Source: Paraspadella gotoi
Taxonomy: Eukaryota > Animalia > Chaetognatha
Length of the DNA stretch: 64,000 bases
Direction: 5' to 3'
NCBI GenBank assembly: GCA_051294375.1
Contig: CM119263.1
Coordinates: 14,338,414 to 14,402,413, forward strand
The notes beneath the pieces are model-generated. The model was given only the letters and a program-made list of their open reading frames with translations. It was not told where the DNA came from and made no database searches. Every line of letters starts with the position of its first letter. Position 1 is the first letter of the stretch. Shown one piece after another: positions 1 to 13,146 of the stretch. Made by a program: the position numbers and the translations under genes.

Positions 1-3000
1 ATCAGTTGAATTTGGCCTTCCTTATTTCCTTTTGTTTTTAAAATTTTTGGGTCTGCTCTCAGGTAACAGAAGCTAGCGGATAAGATTGAAAGAAGAAATT
101 AATCTAGAACAGGGAGATTAAAAGTAAAAAAAAAAAGTACTAAGAGAGTGGAGACTCAACCCAAAGCTGGCTCGAATCCCCCATCTCCCACCCGCGGCCT
201 AAACGGTTGTCGATTTTCCCATTTGTCGCTCGTTTTAGTTGTTGTCGTTGTCGTCGTCCTCACGACGCGTTGATGCGTTGAAGGAAAGAGAGAAAAGTGA
301 TTCCGTCGTTCGTCGTCGTCGTCGTCGTCGTCTGAATCTTAATCTCTTTTTATTGTCGTTTGTTGGTGAACGGTCCACGTGGCCGAAGCGAATCGCCGGC
401 GTAGCGTCGGCGGCGAGCGTGTCGGACGACGGGCGACGGGAATCAACGAAATCGAATGGCGAATGCGATTTGACGGGAAATGGGAGAAGATGCGAGAAGG
501 GGGGAAGTGTAGGACCGTGGGGTGCGGGATTTAGTGAAATAGTGGGGACGGAAACTGTGGAAGTCGTGGGCGGGGGGTGGAATAGATGGAATCCTGATCA
601 AAGCAGAGATAAGAGGGATACGAGTGTGAAAAGAATAATCGTTAAAAAAAGGGGCGGGTGGAGATTTGATCGCAGGGAAGTAGTGGGGGACTTTTGTCGG
701 GATAAAAGGAGATAAGGGTGTCATCTGTGGGGAGGGTGGATGACGGAGTGAAGTCCAAGGATCCGCAAGAGCGCAGCGAGCGCAAGCGTGCGGGGTGCTA
801 ACGAAAGTTCGTGTCCGATGTTTTAGTATAAAGATCTTTTTCATGTCAACGAATATGTAAAAAGTACAAAATAATATAATAGAGTCTCTAGAGAGTCTCT
901 TAGAGAGAAAAGGTTTTCATTTATTCAATCGTCGTCGTCGTTCGTCGTCCTCGTCGCTCTCAATTCACACTCATCTGTTTGCGTTTATGTGAGTCATTCA
1001 TCGCCGTTTATGAACGTTGGTTGTAGAGGCAAAGGAATTGATTGGAAGATGAAACGTCTCGCCAATACGCACGTGGCGGACAATGAAAGAACGGAGAGAG
1101 AGAGAGCGGAGAGAAAAAGAACAAGCGCATCTTATAATGGAACCTGAGAAGAGGATGGATATTCACTCAAAGAATGTGAGTAACAGACATTCAAAGAAAG
1201 AGGGAGAGCAGATTTTCTCTTTGAAGTAGACAGCGAGGCTGTAAGTTAGTAGCCAATTACGGATAGAGGCCCATGGCGGCGACATTTTCAACTTTGGCCA
1301 ATGTCGACGCTGAAAGGCGTGACTCTAGGAGGCGTGGCGCGGTAATCGCGGCCCGAGACGTTCGGTCGCGCGCGCCGTTTGCGGCGGCGGAAATCGTTGC
1401 CGCCCATTCGGGAGGCGGAACGACGAAAACGCCGAGGTTAAACGCCGATATCGCGGCTCTCTGCTGAATGAGACAGGGGGTGAGGCGCGGGGGGATAGCA
1501 TCAGACATTCGTGCGCAATGGGGCACAGATTTAAAGGATTCGGAACAAAAGCATTTGCGAGTAATGTCTTAAAGTAATTTGAGTCAGAGCTTTAGATTAC
1601 TTCTTGTTTTTATTCAATTTATGAAAGGGCGAAAGACGTTCAAAATTGTAAAAGCTGCGACAAAATAACAACATTAAACAAGATATATTGAAAATAAAAC
1701 TAAAAGCGTTAGTCATACAGCATGCGACAAAAACGCCGACAATATGCAAAGAAGCGCACTCTAAACTGTGTTGAACCGCTCGGATTATGGAGCTGACATC
1801 GTAAAAGGCAAAAGAGATGGAGGAAGATTGAAAAGGACGCGCTCGATGGAGTGCGCGGCGAAAAATGTGAGGCAGCCATTTATCGGGGGTCGTCGCCGAA
1901 TTAACGCCTGATTACGATGCATTCAAAGCGCGAGAGGATCGAAAAGAAGGGGGGAAGATCGGGAGATTGGGGGGGGGTGCGGGAATGGGTGGATGTTAAA
2001 GAACAAATTTGGTTGGGGGGGGAATGACCATTATTTTGGAGAATAGACGCGATAAGGCGAGAGGGAAAAGGGTGGCAAGGGATGCCAAGAGTTTTGAAGA
2101 TGGAGCTCGGCGCAATCGATCGACCGAAACTATGAAGAGCGACGAATGCCATGGGAAGATGGGAGGGGGGATTTATGGAGAGAATCTGGACGTGAAAGAT
2201 GAATAACAGGCTCGTTTCGGAGCGAAGCCGTTTGTAAGAAGGAACGAGCGAGTTATATTCTGCTGAGGGACGAAAGGCGAATGTACCTAGGGGTATGGGG
2301 GCAAGAAATCGATGGGTAGTTGTGGTTGAAGTGTAACTCCATCTTGTGGGTCTTGGAGGTGAGGCGCGCCGCTCGGGGTCTCGGCGAATTTCAAGGGTCG
2401 ATCCGTCGGAGGTTATAAGCCGCGAGTCGCTTTTATGGATCTCATAAAATTAAAGATTAAGGGGAGGCTAATTGCTTTGCATTCAAAAAAGAAAAAAGTG
2501 AAGAGAGAGTAATTGACGAAAATTTTACCCTCGATTTTTTTTTAAGGTTAACGAAGCGCGCGACTTGATCAACGTTTTGACGATATTTTTGAGGAAAAAA
2601 TTTACATTTAATTTTCTAAATTTAAGTAAATTTCGTCCATTCGTTTACCAATGAGTTCATAAGTCGTTTCAGCTATAACTAGAATATAATTAGCAATCTT
2701 TAGGATCGTGGGACGTTTAGATTCACCCTATTTGATCTCGCTATTTCAAATCCTATTCCGGTTTATCCGTCGCGGATCGAAAGTTCGCCCAAAACTTATC
2801 GCTTGGTCCCCCTCATCGCCTTCTCCTCCCATATGATTTCCAAACACTTTTTCCGTGCGAGTCGATGCTCTTTCGTTTTTAGATTCATTGGTTGATTTGG
2901 CGCGAATATCCTTGTTAAAAGTGATTCGCGCTCGTAACGCAGATTGTCAGGAAAAGATCATTCTAAACTTTGGAAAAAAAAGAGGGCGAAGGAGGGAGAG

Positions 3001-3917
3001 GGTGAGTGGTGAGGGAAGATCAGAGCCCCAGACTTAATTCAATTAAGAGCCGGAGAGACATTAGTCCCGAGTTCCATCAGAGTTGGAAACTGTTCCAAAA
3101 CGAGATAAACGAGATGATGACATCAGTTCGTCTGACGACGACGACGACACGACGTCGAGGAAGACGACCATGAATGTTCTCCGCGCTCTTTTTTTTTTGA
3201 CGAACAGGCCTCTAATTTCGTTTAAGCGATAATAATTCTATAAGAATTGTAATTATTATTATAAATAATTAAAAGAATTACTGATTACGTATCTATTTCT
3301 AAATTTGTCTGGCTATGATACACGCTTCTCCTCAGTTTCGTCGCCTGGCAAACCAGGGCTACGTTATCCCGCCTGCGGTTGTACGCAGGCCGCGGCGAAA
3401 CGGCTTATGATTCGCTGCGTAACGGCACTTTGGAGAATTTTTTCAAACGATTTTAAAATCATTGAAATATCGTTAGTGTCCATTAAGAAGCATTTTTTCC
3501 CTCGTCCACACTCATATTCATGACTTTACGATGCTTGGCTTCTTTACAGCCATTTTCTGTTTCTGAGATGGAAAAATTCCTATTTGCGGCAGAGCACAAA
3601 TATTATTTTTTATGGCGATGCGTTGTTATGAAAGAAGTTATGTATATAGGTTATTAAATATAGCATTCGCTTGTTAGATTGTTAACAGAAAGAGATTTAG
3701 TTTTAATTCCGAAAAATCCTTTTTGTGAATCTACAGTTTAAGTTTCAAATGTTAAATTCTAAATTTGGATATCAAATTTGTACGAATTTTAACTTAATAC
3801 TTGTAATTTTTGTTCCTTTTTATGCTCCGTATTCATTTCTCCCACTTGACTGATTATCTTTCTTGGCGCTGATTTAATCTCGTTTTTCTTTGAGGAGCTT
3901 CACGAATGAAAGAGAGA

Positions 3918-4009
<92 letters not shown>

Positions 4010-4672
4010 CGGCGCGAGATAAAATCTCTGCTAATGAGACGCGAGAGACGCCGTCGACCCAGCGCGCCGTCCCTCAAACGCGCGCGTCAGCGCGAGAGAG
4101 ATGGAGCCGGCCGGCGCTGGGCGGCGCTCGCTCCGGCACTTAGCACGATGCCGCTCGCCGCGCTCTCGTTAGAAACCATTTTACGCGCCTTTTCTTCGGC
4201 GCGCGAATTTATGATGAGGCTGTTTTTCGCGGCGGCGCTAATTGACTTTGGGCAGCGCGAGTTCGAGTGACTCGAAAATGTTTCGCCTTTTCTAACGACG
4301 TCATAAAAAGATTGTTTTGTGGCGCTGCAAGCGGAGATGAGACTCGAGACGACGACGACGAATGTAATATTGTTACATAAACTAACTTGACATTATTACC
4401 ATCAAGCTTCTTTATTATTTTATGCTGATTTCCTTTCTTCGATTTCTTTTCTTTGCTCTTTCTTTATACTCTTGATGCTTTGGTATAGTTTTATTTATAT
4501 TTAAAATGGATTTGTTATTTTTCTTGCATTTCATTGGTTGAAATTTAGATGAGAAAAAGTTTTGTTTTTTGCACAACGAATTCTTATTAATATTGTTACT
4601 ACATGTTTCGAATAGCATTTCTATTCTTCATCAGTGTAAAGGCAATTTGTGAATTTGAAGTTATAAGCTCTT

Positions 4673-4765
<93 letters not shown>

Positions 4766-6881
4766 CCTTTCTCCCCGCGATTGGATTGTTTCGTTTTGAC
4801 TTACTTATTAAACTCAACTTTAACATTGCTAAAACTGATAAGAATAGAAACGCAATTCGAAACAGGTATGGAAAATATTTAATAAAATTTAGTTGTGAAA
4901 AAATCAATCTTTTTCTCATTTTGAATTATATTTTTTATCTAAAACGAATTTTTAAACTTCGACGACGACGACAGTGACAACCACGACGACGTCGTCGACG
5001 ATTTGTGACGGCCACGTTTTTAATAAATGATAATGACGATATATCGCCGAAGACGAAGTCATAAAAAGATTTTCCTGTGACCGACATGAATGGGGAAAAT
5101 GACGACGAGGGCACTGATGAGGTTTTTTCTTCTCCTTCACTACAGAGGGCCGTCCCCGTTTCTTATCGATTATGATGCCACAATAAAAAGACCACCTTTC
5201 GTTCTAATGCGTTTCTCGATTACATTAAATTTAATTTTTTTTTTAAACTTTCGCAGAAAATCATCTTGACGAACATCGGAAAGAAACGATCCGCCGACGA
5301 TGACGACGGAAATTTCGGACGATGACGACGACGGCGGACCAACAGCGGCGACGAAAACAAACAGAATCCGTTGCAAAACAGGTGGAGAAAAGGATGACAC
5401 GTTCACCTGTTTTGCCGCTTTTAAGAAGAACATATCGATATCATCAATCATCAATATCCATTTAGTTTATTGATGTTGTATAATATTGGCTTTTTTTACA
5501 GCAAAAAGAAGCACCGGCGCAACCGAACTAACCTTCACTACATTTCAACTTCATGAGCTGGAGCGAGCATTCGAAAAATCTCACTATCCGGACGTCTACT
5601 CGCGGGAGGAATTGGCTATGGTGAGTTTCCGATTGCATAGATAAATCAGTTTAAGAAATTATTGATTGTCGTCAAGCATCTTTTAAATATAAGTTTTTAA
5701 ACTAATTTTTATGTCAATTTTCTTTTTTCATTTTTTTCCGCGCAGAAAGTCAACCTGCCCGAATTAGAGTTCAGGTAAGCTAATGAAAGTTCTGTTATTA
5801 ATGTAATAGTTAATCGTATGATATGAATGCTGGGATTGATTGAAAAAGTCTTCCTTACTGTGTGAATTTATTTTTAAAATATGTACGTAATGTATTTGAT
5901 ATTTAGTATATTAGTTATTTTTCTCTTCTTTGACAAAATTAACGGAAAAAAAATCTCCCTTCAAGTTTCCAATTGCACAATAATAATCCTACTGACCGAA
6001 CCATAAACTCTATCAAGGGCCACCATAACTTATGGGCATAAAAGAAAGTTTCCGTGCACCGAAAACCCTCGGAAGAACGACTCTGCCTATTTTTACGAGC
6101 CATCCCCTTCCACCCTTCCCTACCGTCCACCCTCCCCTTACCTAAGCCCCACCCCAGGTTGTCATTGCCCGATTTGAGTCCCAGGAGCCGACTTGGCCGT
6201 CGGGATAATAGAATGGCTTTTAATAAACCAAAGAAATGATGAGCGGAGGACATGAGCCGAGCGACTTGAAAGACTAACCTCGCGTGACCGGTGGTTGGGG
6301 CGAGGGAGAAAGGAAGGAAGAAAAGAAAAAGGAGTAGAGAAGAAAGATAAAGGAAAAAGGAAAAAGAAAAGTTACCCAATATATGAAGATGTAGAATGAG
6401 AAAATGGAGGTAAAGAGAGGGGGCTCTGAGGTAGGAAAAGAGGAAACTAAGTTGATAAAGTAATGAGAGGAAGACTTGCTGAAATTTAAAAACCAAGTAG
6501 GTGAAAGAAATGAGAAAATATAAAAGATGACAAAAGGAGGGGAAATATCTAGCAGCGGGAAAGGGGAGCGTGTGGGTTCTGAAAAACAGAAGTGAAAAGG
6601 CTGAAACAGGTTATTTTAGGCTTAACAACAAAAATTGGGTAAGGTTGTGAAAGAGATGACAATTGGCGACGAAACATAGGTTATTGGCCCTTTGACTATA
6701 TTTTATCTTAACGAATTGCCGATAAATTTAATTTGTACCCAAGCTACCCAACAATCCAGTTTTGAAACGGTATTCCTGTACGTTTCGTTTTCTGCTAAAC
6801 ATCATTGACGGAAATGAAGAATTGATGAAGGAAAGAAGATTTGACGATATAGACACGACGACGACCGACGACCCAAAATAA
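1..6881. repeat. Segmental duplication copy 1 (matches 7728-14622)
   Basis: Base 1 atcagttgaatttggcc recurs at 7728; colinear to ...gacgacc(c)aaaataa at ~6881 and ~14622. Differences are mostly 1-nt indels. Confidence 0.95.
5257..5774 (+). pseudogene. Rx: Frameshifted partial duplicate of Rx exons (5257-5381, 5502-5620, 5746-5774); probably an assembly artefact
   Basis: Same exons as 13026-13533 but 119 nt instead of 118 (extra A near 5531) and 29 nt instead of 30 (missing G near 5764). No helix-3 exon of its own. Confidence 0.8.
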
Positions 6882-7340
6882 ATCTCTCTCTTTTTTCGCA
6901 ATTTGATTTTAAATCGGTTGACGACTCAGATTAGGCAAGGCCCTCAAAATTTCTTTTTCTCTCTTTCGCCGCAACCCTTCAGTTTTTACTTTTCAGTTAA
7001 ATATCTCTCTCCCTCTTTTCTTTTTCTTTATATTATCTCCTCTATTTCTATCGTCTTATTCCCATATTTTCTCCCCCTTTTCCTCCTCCCCCCTCGATCC
7101 TCCACCATAAGTTCCCCCCCCCTTCTCCCACGATGATGCGCTCGTCTTCTTCCCCTTGAAATCGTTCCGACAACGACGCCTCCCCTCCCGGGACGACGAT
7201 GCGCCCACGAGCTTAATTTTAGTAATTAAAAATTATCGATTAATAAAGTTAACGTTTTTAAATGAGTCGCTCTCCGTGGGAATAACCCGACAAGTGGCGA
7301 AAAGATGCGCCGGAGAAAAATTGGGGGGAAGGGGGAGTAC

Positions 7341-7430
<90 letters not shown>

Positions 7431-10400
7431 TGTCTTGCATAAAGAACTAAAATTAGCGCGCCAGATTTAGAATCTGGATTCGAGATCTCGTCGACGCATC
7501 TTTCAAAAAAAAAAAAAGCGACGTTTGGGCGCGCGCCGATGCGTTCGAACAAAAGGTTCCCACGCGTCAAGAGTTGGGAGAGAGATAAGCATCGTTTTTT
7601 AGAAAGAGGGGCCGTTTAGACGCTTCTGTAGGAGATTTAAAAATGACGATTACGTCTTTTTAAATAAGGATTTTTATATTAATCATATTATTATTATTAT
7701 TATTAATCATATTATCAGTTAATTATGATCAGTTGAATTTGGCCTTCCTTATTTCCTTTTGTTTTTAAAATTTTTGGGTCTGCTCTCAGGTAACAGAAGC
7801 TAGCGGATAAGATTGAAAGAAGAAATTAATCTAGGAACAGGGAGATTAAAAGTAAAAAAAAAAGTACTAAGAGAGTGGAGACTCAACCCAAAGCTGGCTC
7901 GAATCCCCCATCTCCCACCCGCGGCCTAAACGGTTGTCGATTTTCCCATTTGTCGCTCGTTTTAGTTGTTGTCGTTGTCGTCGTCCTCACGACGCGTTGA
8001 TGCGTTGAAGGAAAGAGAGAAAAGTGATTCCGTCGTCGTCGTCGTCGTCGTCGTCGTCTGAATCTTAATCTCTTTTTATTGTCGTTTGTTGGTGAACGGT
8101 CCACGTGGCCGAAGCGAATCGCCGGCGTAGCGTCGGCGGCGAGCGTGTCGGACGACGGGCGACGGGAATCAACGAAATCGAATGGCGAATGCGATTTGAC
8201 GGGAAATGGGAGAAGATGCGAGAAGGGGGGAAGTGTAGGGACCGTGGGGTGCGGGGATTTAGTGAAATAGTGGGGACGGAAACTGTGGAAGTCGTGGCGG
8301 GGGTGGGAATAGATGGAATCCTGATCAAGCAGAGATAAGAGGGATACGAGTGTGAAAAGAATAATCGTTAAAAAAAGGGGCGGGTGGAGATTTATCGCAG
8401 GGAAGTAGTGGGGACTTTTGTCGGGATAAAAGGAGATTAAGGTGTCATCTGTGGGGACGGGTGGATGACGGAGTGAAGTCCAAGGATCCGCAAGAGCGCA
8501 GCGAGCGCAAGCGTGCGGGGTGCTAACGAAAGTTCGTGTCCGATGTTTTAGTATAAACATCTTTTTCATGTCAAACGAATATGTAAAAAGTACAAAATAA
8601 TAATAATAGAGTCTCTAGAGAGTCTCTTAGAGAGAAAAGGTTTTCATTTATTCATTCGTCGTCGTCGTCGTCGTCGTCGTCGTCCTCGTCGCTCTCAATT
8701 CACATCTCATCTGTTTGCGTTTATGTGAGTCATTCATCGCCGTTTATGAACGTTGGTTGTAGAGGCAAAGGAATTGATTGGAAGATGAAACGTCTCGCCA
8801 ATACGCACGTGGCGGACAATGAAAGAACGGAGAGAGAGAGAGCGGGAGAGAAAAAGAACAAGCGCATCTTGTAATGGAACCTGAGAAGAGAGATGGATAT
8901 TCACTCAAAGAATGTGAGTAACCGACATTCAAAGAAAGAGGGAGAGCAGATTTTCTCTTTGAAGTAGACAGCGAGGCTGTAAGTTAGTAGCCAATTACGG
9001 ATAGAGGCCCATGGCGGCGACATTTCAACTTTGGCCAATGTCGACGCTGAAAGGCGTGACTCTAGGAGGCGTGGCGCGGTAATCGCGGCCCGAGACGTTC
9101 GGTCGCGCGCGCCGTTTGCGGCGGCGGAAATCGTTGCCGCCCATTCGGGAGGCGGAACGACGAAAACGCCGAGGTTAAACGCCGATATCGCGGCCTCTCT
9201 GCTGAATGAGACAGGGGGTGAGGCGCGGGGGGGATAGCATCAGACATTCGTGCGCAATGGGGCACAGATTTAAAGGATTCGGAACAAAAGCATTTGCGAG
9301 TAATGTCTTAAAGTAATTTGAGTCAGAGCTTTAGATTACTTCTTGTTTTTATTCAATTTATGAAAGGGCGAAAGACGTTCAAAATTGTAAAAGCTGCGAC
9401 AAAATAACAACATTAAACAAGATATATTGAAAATAAAACTAAAAGCGTTAGTCATACAGCATGCGACAAAAACGCCGACAATATGCAAAGAAGCGCACTC
9501 TAAATGTTGTGAACCGCTCGGATTATGGAGCTGACATCGTAAAAGGCAAAAGAGATGGAGGAAGATTGAAAAGGACGCGCTCGATGGAGTGCGCGGCGAA
9601 AAATGTGAGGCAGCCATTTATCGGGGGTCGTCGCCGAATTAACGCCTGATTACGATGCATTCAAAGGCGCGAGAGGATCGAAAAGAAGGGGGGAAGGGAG
9701 TCGGGAGATTGGGGGGTGCGGGCGGTGCGGGGAATGGGTGGATGTTAAAGAACAAATTTGGTTGGGAGGGGGAATGACCCATTATTTTGGAGAATAGACG
9801 CGATAAGGCGAGAGGGTAAAAGGGTGGCAAGGGATGCCAAGAGTTTTGAAGATGGAGCTCGGCGCAATCGATCGACCGAAACTATGAAGAGCGACGAATG
9901 CCATGGGAAGATGGGAGGGGGGATTTATGGAGAGAATCTGGACGTGAAAGATGAATAACAGGCTCGTTTCGGAGCGAAGCCGTTTGTAAGAAGGAACGAG
10001 CGAGTTATATTCTGCTGAGGGACGAAAGGCGAATGTACCTAGGGGGTATGGGAGCAAGAAATCGATGGGTAGTTGTGGTTGAAGTGTAACTCCATCTTGT
10101 GGGTCTTGGAGGTGAGGCGCGCCGCTCGGGGTCTCGGCGAATTTCAAGGGTCGATCCGTCGGAGGTTATAAGCCGCGAGTCGCTTTTATGGATCTCATAA
10201 AGATTAAAGATTAAGGGGAGGCTAATTGCTTTGCATTCAAAAAAGAAAAAAGTGAAGAGAGAGTAATTGACGAAAATTTTACCCTCGATTTTTTTTTAAG
10301 GTTAACGAAGCGCGCGACTTGATCAACGTTTTGACGATATTTTTGAGGAAAAAATTTACATTTAATTTTCTAAATTTAAGTAAATTTCGTCCATTCGTTT

Positions 10401-11679
10401 ACCCAATGAGTTCATAAGTCGTTTCAGCTATAACTAGAATATAATTAGCAATCTTTAGGATCGTGGGACGTTTAATTCACCCTATTGATCTCGCTATTTC
10501 AAATCCTATTCCGGTTTATCCGTCGCGGATCGAAAGTCGCTTAAAAGCTTCGCCCAAAACTTATCGCTTGGTCCCCCTCATCGCCTTCTCCTCCCATATG
10601 ATTTCCAAACACTTTTTCCGTGCGAGTCGATGCTCTTTCGTTTTTAGATTCATTGGTTGATTTGGCGCGAATATCCTTGTTAAAAGTGATTCGCGCTCGT
10701 AACGCAGATTGTCAGGAAAAGATCATTCTAAACTTTGGGAAAAAAAAAGAGGGCGAAGGAGGGAGAGGGTGAGTGGTGAGGGGAAGATCAGAGCCCCAGA
10801 CTTAATTCAATTAAGAGCCGGAGAGACATTAGTCCCGAGTTCCATCAGAGTTGGAAACTGTTCCAAAGACGAGATAAACGAGATGATGACATCAGTTCGT
10901 CTGACGACGACGACGACGACGACGACGTCGAGGAAGACGACCATGAATGTCCTCCACGCTCTTTTTTTTTGACGAACAGGCCTCTAATTTCGTTTAAGCG
11001 ATAATAATTCTATAAGAATTGTAATTATTATAAAATTAATAGAATTACTGATTACGTATCTATTTCTAAATTTGGTCTGCCTATGATACACGCTTCTCCT
11101 CAGTTTCGTCGCCTGGCAACCAGGGCTACGTTATCCCCGCCTGCGGTTGTACGCAGGCCGCGGCGAAACGGCGGCTTATGATTCGCTGCGTAACGGCACT
11201 TTGGAGAATTTTTTCAAACGATTTTAAAATCATTGAAATATCGTTAGTGTCCATTAAGAAGCATTTTTTCCCTCGTCCACACTCATATTCATGACTTTAC
11301 GATGCTTGGCTTCTTTACAGCCATTTTCTGTTTCTGAGATGGAAAAATTCCTATTTGCGGCAGAGCACAAATTATATTTTTTTATGGCGATGGCGTTGTT
11401 ATGAAAGAAGTTATGTATATAGGTTATTAAATATAGCATTCGCTTGTTAGATTGTTAACAGAAAGAAGATTTAGTTTTAATTCCGAAAAATCCTTTTTGT
11501 GAATCTACAGTTTAAGTTTCAAATGTTAAATTCTAAATTTGGATATCAAATTTGTACGAATTTTAACTTAATACTTGTAATTTTTGTTCCTTTTTATGCT
11601 CCGTATTCATTTCTCCCACTTGACTGATTATTCTTTCTTGCGCTTGATTATCGTTTTTTCTTTGAGGAGCTTCACGAAT

Positions 11680-11741
<62 letters not shown>

Positions 11742-12435
11742 GAGAGGGAGGGGGGGGGAGAGAGAGGAGCGGCGCGAATAAAATCTCTGCTAATGAGACG
11801 CGAGAGACGCCGTCGACCCAGCGCGCCGTCCCGTCAAAGAACGGCGCCGTCAGCGCGAGAGAGATGGAGCCGGCCGGCGCTGGGCGGCGCTCGCTCCGGC
11901 ACTTAGCACGATGCCGCTCGCCGCGCTCTCGTTAGAAACCATTTTACGCGCCTTTTCTTCGGCGCGCGGAATTTATGATGAGGCTGTTTTTCGCGGCGGC
12001 GCTAATTGACTTTGGGCAGCGCGAGTTCGAGTGACTCGAAAATGTTTCGCCTTTTCTAACGACGTCATAAAAAGATTGTTTTGTGGCGCTGCAAGCGGAG
12101 ATGAGACTCGGACGACGACGACGACGACGATGTAATATTGTTACATAAACTAACTTGACATTATTACCATCAAGCTGCTTTATTATTTTATGCTGATTTC
12201 CTTTTCTCGATTTCTTTTCTTTGCTCTTTCTTTATACTCTTGATGCTTTGGTATAGTTTTATTTTTATATTTAAAATGGATTTGTTATTTTTCTTGCATA
12301 TCATTGGTTGAAATTTATATGAGAAAAAGTTGTTGTTTTTGCACAACGAATTCTTATTAATATTGTTACTACATGTTTCGAATAGCATTTCTATTCTTCA
12401 TCAGTGTAAAGGCAATTTGTGAATTTGCAAGTTTA

Positions 12436-12531
<96 letters not shown>

Positions 12532-13025
12532 CCTCCCTTTCTCCCCGCGATTGGATTGTTTCGTTTTGACTTACTTATTAAACTCAACTTTAACATTGCT
12601 AAAACTGATGAAGAATAGAAACGCAATTCGAAACAGGTATGGAAAAATATTAATAAAATTTAGTTGTGAAAAAATCAATCTTTTCTCATTTGAATTATAT
12701 TTTTTATCTAAAACGAATTTTTAAACTTCGACGACGACGACAGTGACAACCACGACGACGTCGTCGACGATTGTGACGGCCACGTTTTTAATAAATGATA
12801 ATGACGATATATCGCCGAAGACGAAGTCATAAAAAGATTTTCCTGTGACCGACATGAATGGGGAAAATGACGACGAGGGCACTGATGAGGTTTTTTCTCT
12901 CCTTCACTACAGAGGGCCGTCCCCGTTTCTTATCGATTATGATGCACAATAAAAAAAAAAGACCATCCTTCGTTCTAATGGTTTTCGATTAGCATTAAAT
13001 TTAATTTTTTTTTAAACTTTCGCAG

Positions 13026-13146
13026 AAAATCATCTGACGAACATCGGAAAGAAACGATCCGCCGACGATGACGACGGAATTTCGGACGATGACGACGACG
13101 GCGACAACAGCGGCGACGAAAACAAACAGAATCCGTTGCAAAACAG
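13026..13146 (+). CDS. Rx: Rx exon upstream of the homeodomain (acidic linker [40 protein letters not shown])
   Basis: ttcgcag acceptor and AG|gtgaga donor; 121 nt, open and in phase with the homeodomain exon. Confidence 0.8.

Noticed and set aside
165-195. tRNA/SINE-like ggctcgaatcccccatctcccacc (also ~7895 and a B-box-like motif at ~37870)
   Set aside because: Only a B-box-like fragment; no A box or cloverleaf.
239-844. ORFs of 130-230 aa near the window start and at 7883-8569
   Set aside because: Frames are not preserved between the duplicate copies, composition is low-complexity, and there is no splice or homology support.
3874-4977. ERERER/SLSLSL ORFs here and throughout the window
   Set aside because: Translations of (GA)n/(CT)n microsatellites.
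5110-5150. CTGATGA hammerhead core
   Set aside because: No GAAA after the potential stem II.
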